From an uncultured Cohaesibacter sp. (GTDB taxonomy: Bacteria; Pseudomonadota; Alphaproteobacteria; Rhizobiales; Cohaesibacteraceae), in the NCBI GenBank assembly GCA_963677725.1, contig OY782507.1, forward strand, positions 4,298,171-4,322,170: DNA of 24,000 nt, given 5' to 3'. This document shows positions 1 through 7,143 of the stretch, piece by piece. Both the position numbers and the translations under genes were made by a program. Within the stretch, counting starts at the first letter, position 1. Each line of letters opens with the position of its first letter. Under the pieces are notes generated by a model that saw nothing but the letters and a program-made list of their open reading frames with translations, was not told where the DNA came from and made no database searches.

Positions 1-372
1 CTCACTCGTGCTGCGGTGATGGCCGAGCGGGAGCGGGAATATGTGGTGGCCGCGCGCGTGGCCGGTGCCAGCGATCTGCGGCTGATGTTCCTGACCATTT
101 TGCCAAACTGTACCGCACCGTTGATCGTGCAGGGCACTCTGTCCTTCTCGAACGCCATTCTTGACATTGCCGCTCTTGGCTTCCTTGGGCTTGGTGCTCA
201 GCCGCCGACCCCGGAATGGGGCACGATGCTGGCCGAAGCACGCGAATTCATTCTGCGTGCCTGGTGGGTCGTGACCTTCCCCGGCGTTGCCATTTTGGTG
301 ACGGTTCTGGCGATCAACCTCATCGGTGACGGCCTGCGCGATGCGCTTGACCCGAAACTGAAGCGTTCATAG
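1..372 (+). CDS. ABC transporter permease, C-terminal part (DppC/OppC-type peptide/nickel family). The 5' end lies upstream of the window.
   Basis: Frame 1 is open from base 1 (LTRAAVMAEREREYVVAARVAGASDLRLMFLTILPN...). This resembles the conserved region after the EAA loop of DppC/OppC permeases. Hydrophobic TM stretches follow. The TAG stop at 370-372 overlaps the AGGAGG RBS (371-376) of the next ABC gene. Confidence 0.85.
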   Translation, partial: LTRAAVMAEREREYVVAARVAGASDLRLMFLTILPNCTAPLIVQGTLSFSNAILDIAALGFLGLGAQPPTPEWGTMLAEAREFILRAWWVVTFPGVAILVTVLAINLIGDGLRDALDPKLKRS

Positions 373-384
373 GAGGATTTGCAC

Positions 385-1239
385 ATGAGCTTGTTGGAAA
401 TCCGCAATCTGACAGTCGAGTTCGATACCGCCATGGGGCCTTTCCGGGCCTTGAAGGGCGTGGACTACACAGTCAGCAAGGGTGAAGTTTTGGCGATTGT
501 CGGCGAGTCTGGTTCGGGCAAGTCGGTCGCCATGCTTGCCACCATGGGCCTGTTGCCTGACAGCGCCACCGTCAATGCCGACCTCATGTCCTTTGATGGC
601 CGAGATCTGAAGACCCTGACGCCAAAGGAGCGGCGGCAGGTGATAGGCAAAGACATTTCGATGATCTTTCAGGAGCCGATTGCCAGCCTCAATCCGTGTT
701 TTACGGTTGGCTTTCAGATTGGCGAAGTGCTGAAAACCCATTTGGGCATGGATGGCAAAGAGGCAAAGAAGCGCACCATTGAGCTGTTCGAATCGGTGGG
801 CATCCCGACGCCTGAAAAGCGCCTGACCAGCTTTCCGCATCAAATGTCCGGGGGCCAGTGCCAACGTATCATGATCGCCATGGCGATTGCCTGCAATCCG
901 AAGCTTCTGATTGCTGACGAGCCGACAACGGCGCTGGATGTGACGATTCAAAAACAGATCCTCGATCTGCTGATGGACATTCAGACCCAGAGCGATATGG
1001 GCCTGATCATGATCACCCACGATATGGGTGTGGTGGCCGAAACCGCTGACCGGGTTGTGGTGCAGTATAATGGCGAACAGATGGAAGAGGCCAATGTGCT
1101 CGATCTGTTTGAAAGCCCGAAACATCCTTACACCAAGGCGCTGCTGTCTGCCCTGCCGGAGCGTGCCGATGGCGACCGTCTGCCGACGGTGAGCGATTTT
1201 GCCAGTGGCTTTAGCAAAGAGGATACGCTTGCATCATGA
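385..1239 (+). CDS. ABC transporter ATP-binding protein (DppD/OppD-like)
   Basis: Walker A GESGSGKS, signature MSGGQCQR, Walker [13 protein letters not shown] and the oligopeptide-ATPase C-terminal motif (HPYTKALL) are present. AGGAGG at 371-376 lies 8 nt before ATG 385. The ORF track's 379 start is a TTG and is less likely. Confidence 0.9.
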   Translation: MSLLEIRNLTVEFDTAMGPFRALKGVDYTVSKGEVLAIVGESGSGKSVAMLATMGLLPDSATVNADLMSFDGRDLKTLTPKERRQVIGKDISMIFQEPIASLNPCFTVGFQIGEVLKTHLGMDGKEAKKRTIELFESVGIPTPEKRLTSFPHQMSGGQCQRIMIAMAIACNPKLLIADEPTTALDVTIQKQILDLLMDIQTQSDMGLIMITHDMGVVAETADRVVVQYNGEQMEEANVLDLFESPKHPYTKALLSALPERADGDRLPTVSDFASGFSKEDTLAS

Positions 1240-2078
1240 ATGACAAGACCAATCCCATTCTGCATGTGCGCAACATCACCCGCGACTATGTTTCAAAAAG
1301 CGGGATGTTCGGCAAGACCGAGACCGTTCGGGCGCTCAAGGGCATCGACTTTGATCTGTATGAAGGCGAAACTCTGGCGCTGGTCGGGGAATCGGGGTGC
1401 GGCAAGTCTACACTGGCCCGTATTCTGACCCTGATTGATGTTCAGACGTCGGGCGAGCTCAATATTCAGGGTAAGCCCTACAATATCGAGACGAAACGTG
1501 TGACATCCGATATGCGCCGGACCATTCAGATCGTGTTCCAGAATCCTTATGGCTCGCTCAATCCGCGCCAGAAGGTCGGGGCCGTGCTGGAAGAGCCGCT
1601 GTTGATCAATCATCCGGAAATGTCGGCAGATGAACGGCGTGAAAAGGCGATGGCAATGCTGCTCAAGGTGGGGCTGCTGCCAGAGCATTTTGGACGCTAT
1701 CCGCATATGTTTTCCGGTGGTCAGCGCCAGCGCATCGCCATTGGCCGCGCGTTGATGCTCAATCCGAAAATTCTGGTGCTTGACGAGCCGGTATCGGCGC
1801 TCGATTTGTCGATTCAGGCGCAGATCCTCAATCTGCTGAAAGATTTGCAGGACGAGTTCAAATTGTCCTATCTGTTCATTTCGCACGATCTGTCGGTGGT
1901 CAAATATCTGGCCGACCGGGTGATGGTTATGTATTTCGGCGAGATTGTCGAACATGGCACGCGGGATCAGGTCTTCAATGATCCGCAGCATGACTATACC
2001 AAGACCTTGCTGGCGGCTACGCCACAGACCAGCATCGAAAAGATCCGCGCGCGCGTGCTAAAGCAGGCAAGCGCTTGA
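1236..2078 (+). CDS. ABC transporter ATP-binding protein (DppF/OppF-like)
   Basis: Walker A GESGCGKST, signature FSGGQRQRIAIGRAL and Walker B ILVLDEPVSALD are present. There is an ATGA start/stop overlap with the upstream ATPase at 1236-1239. Confidence 0.9.
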   Translation: MNDKTNPILHVRNITRDYVSKSGMFGKTETVRALKGIDFDLYEGETLALVGESGCGKSTLARILTLIDVQTSGELNIQGKPYNIETKRVTSDMRRTIQIVFQNPYGSLNPRQKVGAVLEEPLLINHPEMSADERREKAMAMLLKVGLLPEHFGRYPHMFSGGQRQRIAIGRALMLNPKILVLDEPVSALDLSIQAQILNLLKDLQDEFKLSYLFISHDLSVVKYLADRVMVMYFGEIVEHGTRDQVFNDPQHDYTKTLLAATPQTSIEKIRARVLKQASA

Positions 2079-2102
2079 TTGAAGCGAATGGTTCAAGAGA
2101 TG

Positions 2103-2138
2103 AAAAGCCCGCCCGGTTGATCCCCGGGCGGGTTTTTT
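2103..2138. terminator. Bidirectional rho-independent terminator between the convergent ABC ATPase gene and thiQ
   Basis: A perfect 9-bp GC-rich stem pairs CCCGCCCGG (2108-2116) with CCGGGCGGG (2124-2132) around a 7-nt loop. It is flanked by AAAA (2103-2106) and TTTTTT (2133-2138). Confidence 0.75.
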
Positions 2139-2158
2139 GTTTGCCTCATGGCAGGGTC

Positions 2159-2860
2159 TTAAAGACCGAGATAGCGTTTTAGTGCATCGGATGGGGCTTT
2201 GAAGACATCAACGGTCGGCCCGCATTGGGCTATATGGCCTTCATCGACCAAAGCGGTGACGTCGGATGCGATTTTGGCATCCTCGGGATGGTGGGTGACC
2301 ATGATCACCGTCTGACCATTCTGTCGGGCTAGATCAGCCACCAAAGCCAGCATTTCTTTCCTCAGGGCTGGCCCCAGCGCGGCGAAGGGTTCGTCAAGCA
2401 GCAACACTTCCTTTTTGCGCAGCATGGCACGGGCAAGGCTGGCGCGCTGGCGTTGGCCGCCGGAAAGCGCGCGAGGCGGACGGTTGCCCATGCCAGCAAG
2501 GCCAACCTGATCAAGCGCTTGGTTGACCGCCTCTTGTTCGGTCAAGGTCAGTTTGAGCGATGGATTGATGCCAAGGGCCACATTGTCGGCGATGGACATA
2601 TGGGCAAAAAGATTATGCTCCTGAAACAGCATGGCAACAGGACGCGCTGCCGGGGGCAGAGGGGCAAGATCCTGTCCATTGATGCGGATATGGCCCGATG
2701 CAACGGGCAGGAAGCCGGCAATGGCATTCAGGATAGTGCTTTTGCCCGCACCGGATGGGCCGATCAGGGCGCAGAATTGGCCTTTCTTGAGCGACAGGTC
2801 GGCGGTCAGGTGCCAGTCATCCAGCGCGATATGTAATTTTTCAATCTCGATCACGACCAC
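2159..2860 (-). CDS. thiQ: Thiamine ABC transporter ATP-binding protein ThiQ
   Basis: Walker A GPSGAGKST, signature LSGGQRQRASLARAM and Walker B LLLDEPFAALG are present. It is the last gene of a thiB-thiP-thiQ order downstream of a TPP riboswitch. The start is uncertain. GTG at 2860 or 2854 overlaps the thiP stop (2841-2843) by a few codons. The longest ORF starts at ATG 2899. Confidence 0.8.
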   Translation of the reverse strand: MVVIEIEKLHIALDDWHLTADLSLKKGQFCALIGPSGAGKSTILNAIAGFLPVASGHIRINGQDLAPLPPAARPVAMLFQEHNLFAHMSIADNVALGINPSLKLTLTEQEAVNQALDQVGLAGMGNRPPRALSGGQRQRASLARAMLRKKEVLLLDEPFAALGPALRKEMLALVADLARQNGQTVIMVTHHPEDAKIASDVTALVDEGHIAQCGPTVDVFKAPSDALKRYLGL

Positions 2861-4550
2861 CAAGTCCCTTGTCAAAGAGGAGAAAGACAGCAAAGGCAAA
2901 CAGGGTCAGAAGCAGACCGGTGCCATAGGCCTGATCCATGCGATAGGCCCCCATTTGCTGATAAAGATAAAGCGGCAGGGTTGGCTCTGCAGGGGAGCCG
3001 AACAGGGCGATGACCCCAAGGTCACCCATCGACAAGGCCGCCGCGATGCCAAGGCTGAGGCCCAGCGGGCGGCGCATCAGCGGCCAATGGACCAGCCGGA
3101 TGGCTGCCCTGCGATCCATGCCGAGGTGAAGGATCTGGCGGCCATAGTCGCGCTCGATCCGGGCCATGGCAGGCGACAGGAGGATCAGCGCGAAAGGCAC
3201 CGCTTGCAAACCATTGAGCAGGCTGGCAAGGGGGAGGGCCAGATCATCGACAGACACATGCTGATGCAGCATGACGAACAGCCCCGCACCCAAGGCTATG
3301 GGTGGGGCAACGAGAATGGCAAAGCCCGGCAACTCGCCAATGCGCCGCCATTTGCCCTTTAAATGAAGAGACATTTGCGCCAACGGCAGGCTGATCAGCA
3401 ACATCACGGTGCAAGCCCCAAGGGAAACCAGAATCGAGCGCAGGGTTGCCATCAGGATGGCGCCTTTATTCATCTCATGCAGGCCCAGACTGATCGCGCC
3501 GCGTGTGAAGGCGGCAATGAGGGGAGAGGCAAGAAAAAGCAAAGCCAGCGCAATCACCCCACCATCAAGCAGGCGGAGCCATGGGCTGGTGCGGTCCTGA
3601 CGAATGATCAGGCCGCCAAGGCTCTGGCCGGTGTCATGGTCCTTGGTGATGGTGCGAAAGAGCAGGGCCAAACCGGCGCAGAGCAGAATCTGGATGCAGG
3701 CAAGGATCGCGGCGCGTTCGAGATCGAATTCAAAGCGGATGGCTTGATAGATGGCCAGCTCGATGGTTGTCGCCTTGGGGCCGCCGCCGAGCGCCAGCAC
3801 GACCGTGAAGCTGGTGGCGCAGAGCAGAAAGACCAGCGCGAAGATACCGGGCAGGCGCTCTCGGAGCATCGGCCTTTCGATATGGCGAGCGACCTGACTG
3901 TGCTTCATACCCAATTGGGCTGCCAAGCGCCAGTGCTCTGCGGGAATCGAAAGCCAACCTTGCAGCAGGATTCGGGTGGCAAGTGGCAAATTGAAAAAGA
4001 CATGGGCGAGCAGTATGCCGAACAGGCCGTAAAAGGGCAGCTCTGAGACGCCCAAAGCCGCGGTTGCCTTCGCCATCAGGCCATTGCGCCCCCAAATGGC
4101 GATCAAACCGAGAATGGCGGCAATCACCGGCAGAATGAAGGGCGCACCAAAGAGTGACAGGATTGCACCGCGACCGGGAAAATTGCGACTGGCCAGCGCT
4201 CTGGCCAATGGGATGGCCAGAAGGGTCGAGAGAACGGCGGAGAGCGTGGCTTGCAACAAGGTGAAGAAGATCGCGCGACGCATATAGCGCTCTGACACCA
4301 ACTCTTTAAGGGCCGTAAGCGGCGAGCCATCAGAGAGGCTGTCACTGGCGACCGACCAAAGGGCGATCAGGCTGGCGACGACCAGTGCAATTGGGGCCGT
4401 AAAGGCAAGAATTGCGGGGATGCCATAGCCAAAAATGCCGCTTCTTGCCGTCTGTTGCACGCCATTGCCTTTCGCTGGGGCTGCACTGCCCGGTTGGTCG
4501 GGCAGTGCATTGTTGGAGACCTGATTTATTGGCTGAGCGCTGAGAGCCAT
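2841..4550 (-). CDS. thiP: Thiamine ABC transporter permease ThiP (two fused permease domains)
   Basis: A 569-aa polytopic membrane protein whose size and duplicated permease layout are typical of ThiP. It sits between a periplasmic binding protein and an ATPase under a TPP riboswitch. ATG 4550 overlaps the end of thiB by 25 nt. Confidence 0.8.
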   Translation of the reverse strand: MALSAQPINQVSNNALPDQPGSAAPAKGNGVQQTARSGIFGYGIPAILAFTAPIALVVASLIALWSVASDSLSDGSPLTALKELVSERYMRRAIFFTLLQATLSAVLSTLLAIPLARALASRNFPGRGAILSLFGAPFILPVIAAILGLIAIWGRNGLMAKATAALGVSELPFYGLFGILLAHVFFNLPLATRILLQGWLSIPAEHWRLAAQLGMKHSQVARHIERPMLRERLPGIFALVFLLCATSFTVVLALGGGPKATTIELAIYQAIRFEFDLERAAILACIQILLCAGLALLFRTITKDHDTGQSLGGLIIRQDRTSPWLRLLDGGVIALALLFLASPLIAAFTRGAISLGLHEMNKGAILMATLRSILVSLGACTVMLLISLPLAQMSLHLKGKWRRIGELPGFAILVAPPIALGAGLFVMLHQHVSVDDLALPLASLLNGLQAVPFALILLSPAMARIERDYGRQILHLGMDRRAAIRLVHWPLMRRPLGLSLGIAAALSMGDLGVIALFGSPAEPTLPLYLYQQMGAYRMDQAYGTGLLLTLFAFAVFLLFDKGLGGRDRD

Positions 4551-5536
4551 TCATCCAGCGCTTCGCGACGGATGGCCGGGACGTCCTTTGGTGCGATCAG
4601 GCGGGCTTTTTCCGGCTGGATCAATGTGTCAAAGGCCTCTGGCAAGTCGGCTTTGTTGAGAGCTACCGGATACATCCAGTTGGTGGTCGGGATCACCTTT
4701 TGGGCGGCTGGACCCGTCAGATAGGCCAGAAAGTCCTTGGCAAGATCTTTGTGCTGGCTCGATTTTGTAATGGCGGCCAGTTCGATCTGCATATAGTGGC
4801 CTTCGTCAAAGGCAGCGGCGAGATAATTGGTCTTGTCCTCTGTCACGATATGATAGGCAGGCGACGTGGTGTAGCTCAGCACCATCTGGGCCTGACCTTC
4901 AAGGAACATGCCATAGGCTTCCGACCAGCCTTTGGTGACGGTGAGGATGCGTGGGGCGAGTTTGGACCAGACTTCTCCGGCCTTGTCGCCATAGATATCC
5001 TTGATCCAGAGCATCAGGCCCAATCCCGGCGTGGAAGAGCGCGGATCCTGAATGAGGATCTTGAAATCCTCCGGGGCATTGAGCAGCGCATCAAAGCTTT
5101 TGGGCGGATTTTTCACCTTGTCGCTGTCATAGACAAAGGCAAAATAGCCCCAGTCAAAGGGCATGTAGGTTGAGGCATCCCATTCGATAGGCAGGGAGAG
5201 GTGATCTGTCTTCAAGCCATGGGCCTCGAACAGACCGCTTTTCTCAGCATCGGCGACGAGGTTGGAATCAAGCCCCAGCAGAATGTCTGCCTTGCTGTTC
5301 TTGCCTTCAAGGCGCAGGCGGTTAAAGCCTTCGGTGGCGTCACCCGGTGCAATGAAACTGACCGTGCAGCCGCAGGTCTCCTCAAAGCCCTTTTTGATGG
5401 CCGGACCGGGGCCCCAATCAGCCACAAAGGAATCATAGGTATAGACGGTGAGGGTTGGTTTGTCTGCTGCGCTGGCGGACAGGGTCGTGGACACCAAAAG
5501 GGTGGCGCTGATAAGCGAAAGGGTCAATGCCTTCAT
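4526..5536 (-). CDS. thiB: Thiamine/TPP-binding periplasmic protein ThiB (TbpA)
   Basis: The start is called at ATG 5536 (MKALTLSLISATLLVSTTLSASAADKPTL, a Sec signal peptide). It is preceded by GGAGA (complement of 5545-5549) with an 8-nt spacer. The fold length matches a type-II solute-binding protein. It is the first gene after the TPP riboswitch. The 32 upstream codons of the ORF track (to 5632) lie in the riboswitch expression platform. Confidence 0.85.
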   Translation of the reverse strand: MKALTLSLISATLLVSTTLSASAADKPTLTVYTYDSFVADWGPGPAIKKGFEETCGCTVSFIAPGDATEGFNRLRLEGKNSKADILLGLDSNLVADAEKSGLFEAHGLKTDHLSLPIEWDASTYMPFDWGYFAFVYDSDKVKNPPKSFDALLNAPEDFKILIQDPRSSTPGLGLMLWIKDIYGDKAGEVWSKLAPRILTVTKGWSEAYGMFLEGQAQMVLSYTTSPAYHIVTEDKTNYLAAAFDEGHYMQIELAAITKSSQHKDLAKDFLAYLTGPAAQKVIPTTNWMYPVALNKADLPEAFDTLIQPEKARLIAPKDVPAIRREALDEWLSALSQ

Positions 5537-5679
5537 TCGTTTTGTCTCCAATGGGCGTGACGGCATTGCTGTCGCATGGCCAGTCACGATTGGTGAGGCG
5601 TCTTGAGCATCAATGATGCGCAAGGCACACAAGCGATTGACCGGACTGGAGGAGCGGGGAGGGAGGCTTTGTGAAAAGC

Positions 5680-5790
5680 TTCGTCTCTTCCTACGCCGGT
5701 GTGATCCGGATCAGGTTCTACGGGTTCGCGCATTCGCATCTCAGCTCGGTCTGACCAGTTTCATGGCCTGGCGAGCACCCCGGGACAGGT
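5680..5790 (-). promoter_or_regulatory. TPP (THI-box) riboswitch aptamer
   Basis: The minus-strand RNA reads ...CCCGGGGUGCUCGCCAGGCC...ACCGAGCUGAGAUGCG...CGAACCCGUAGAACCUGAUCCGGAUCACACCGGCGUAGGAAGAG. It contains the hallmark GGGGUGC, CUGAGA and ACCUGAUCCGGAU-N-CCGGCGUAGG blocks in the correct order. It lies directly upstream of thiB. Confidence 0.9.
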
Positions 5791-5793
5791 GAC

Positions 5794-5822
5794 ATTCTAG
5801 TGACTATTGTTCGCGATGACAA
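5794..5822 (-). promoter_or_regulatory. Candidate sigma70-type promoter for the riboswitch-thiBPQ transcript
   Basis: On the minus strand, TTGTCA (complement of 5817-5822) is followed by 17 nt and then TAGAAT (complement of 5794-5799). This sits a few nt upstream of the first riboswitch helix. Confidence 0.45.
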
Positions 5823-5844
5823 TCAAGGAAAGGGGCTTTCCCCG

Positions 5845-6981
5845 TCATCGATTGGAGGCTGATTTTTCCTCTTCGACGAGGGCGGACATTTTATCGGCGA
5901 TGTCGAGGACATCCTGAAATTTCTGCTCGCGAGCGCGGCGGATTTCTTCCTTGGTTAGCACTCTTGGCGTTGGAGCCTCTTGTGGTGCCTCTTCGATGAT
6001 GTCCTCTTCGGGCTGGTTTGGATGGACCAGATAGGTGATGTCGGCTTCCTGTTGGAAAGCCGGATCGGCACATGGAGTGCTGGCAGCGCGTTTTTCGTCG
6101 ACCTCCGCAAGGAAAGCAGCGACCCGATCATTGAGGTCGTCTTTGACAAACAGCGGGGCGTGGCCCTGCCCTGGCACTTCGTGATATTGGCAATCAGGGT
6201 GGCGGGCGACCATTTCGCGGGCGGTTTCGGCCTTGAGAATGTCGGAATGTTCACCCCGCAGCACCAAAACGGGCGCGTGCGACATGGCCATGAATTGCGG
6301 CCAAGCGTCGGGCAAAGGGATCGAGAGATCCACATCGTCCATGGCCTTGGCAATGGCGACGTCATAATCCTTGGCCGGCTTGCCATTTTCATCCCGGAAG
6401 GTCATTTGGGCCATTTGTTGCCAGTTTTCTTCGCTCAGCGCGTCAAACTGGCCCGAATTGGCAATCTTGGCGAAGCTGACGGCATCTTTCCAGTCGTTGA
6501 TTGGCGTGGCGCGGTTGAGATAGGTCTTGATGCGTGACAGGCCTGTCACGTCGATGACAGGACCGATGTCATTCATGACCGCTCCTGCGATGACATTGGG
6601 GCGCAAGGCCGCAATGACCAAAGCCAACAAACCGCCACGCGAGGTGCCAATGATGATCGCTTCGTGCAGTCCAGCAGCGGCAAGGGCATGCAGGGCGTCA
6701 TTGGCTTCGACCATGATATTGTAATTTTCGGGATTCTTGTCATAGTCCGATGGACCACGCCCGCGGCTGTTGAGGATCATCACGAAACGTGGATTGTCCG
6801 GATCGCAAGCAAGGCGTTCTGCCAGTGGGTGAAAATCCCGGCTGTTGCGGGTGAGGCCGGGCAGGCAAAGCACCGGCGTGCCTTTGGCAATGCGGTCGCC
6901 AAAAACCTCGCCGCGCAGGATCAGTCCATCGCTGGTGGTGATTTCAAACCGTCTTACCATCGGTTCCACTGGATCGCTCAT
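5845..6981 (-). CDS. Alpha/beta-fold hydrolase with an acidic C-terminal extension of about 80 aa
   Basis: Nucleophile elbow GTSRGG (G-x-S-x-G), HG-like oxyanion region (LCLPGLTRNSRDF) and C-terminal catalytic His context (VPGQGHAPLF) are present. No signal peptide is seen. The start is called at ATG 6981 (MSDPVEP), with GGAG 8 nt upstream. The longest ORF starts at 6996. Confidence 0.8.
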   Translation of the reverse strand: MSDPVEPMVRRFEITTSDGLILRGEVFGDRIAKGTPVLCLPGLTRNSRDFHPLAERLACDPDNPRFVMILNSRGRGPSDYDKNPENYNIMVEANDALHALAAAGLHEAIIIGTSRGGLLALVIAALRPNVIAGAVMNDIGPVIDVTGLSRIKTYLNRATPINDWKDAVSFAKIANSGQFDALSEENWQQMAQMTFRDENGKPAKDYDVAIAKAMDDVDLSIPLPDAWPQFMAMSHAPVLVLRGEHSDILKAETAREMVARHPDCQYHEVPGQGHAPLFVKDDLNDRVAAFLAEVDEKRAASTPCADPAFQQEADITYLVHPNQPEEDIIEEAPQEAPTPRVLTKEEIRRAREQKFQDVLDIADKMSALVEEEKSASNR

Positions 6982-6996
6982 CCTTGCAACTCCCAT

Positions 6997-7031
6997 AAAA
7001 GGAGGCAGGTCATGACCAAAACCTGCCTCTT
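6997..7031 (-). terminator. Stem-loop, a likely intrinsic terminator of slt. It abuts the hydrolase RBS.
   Basis: A perfect 9-bp stem pairs GAGGCAGGT (7002-7010) with ACCTGCCTC (7021-7029) around a 10-nt loop. On the minus strand it is followed by CUUUUAU. It lies about 115 nt downstream of the slt stop. Confidence 0.5.
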
Positions 7032-7143
7032 ATTTCGTCTTACCCTGTCTGATGTCCGCTGCCAAGAGGCGGGTATGGGTTAGACGGCCTCATGCGGGTT
7101 TATGCGGTGTTGCAAGGGTGCGCAGTCGCGACGCTGGCTTATG

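Noticed and set aside
5537-5632. A 32-codon N-terminal extension of the thiB ORF, starting at 5632.
   Set aside because: The extension overlaps the riboswitch expression platform and has no signal-peptide character. The internal ATG 5536 has a good GGAGA RBS and begins a textbook signal peptide.
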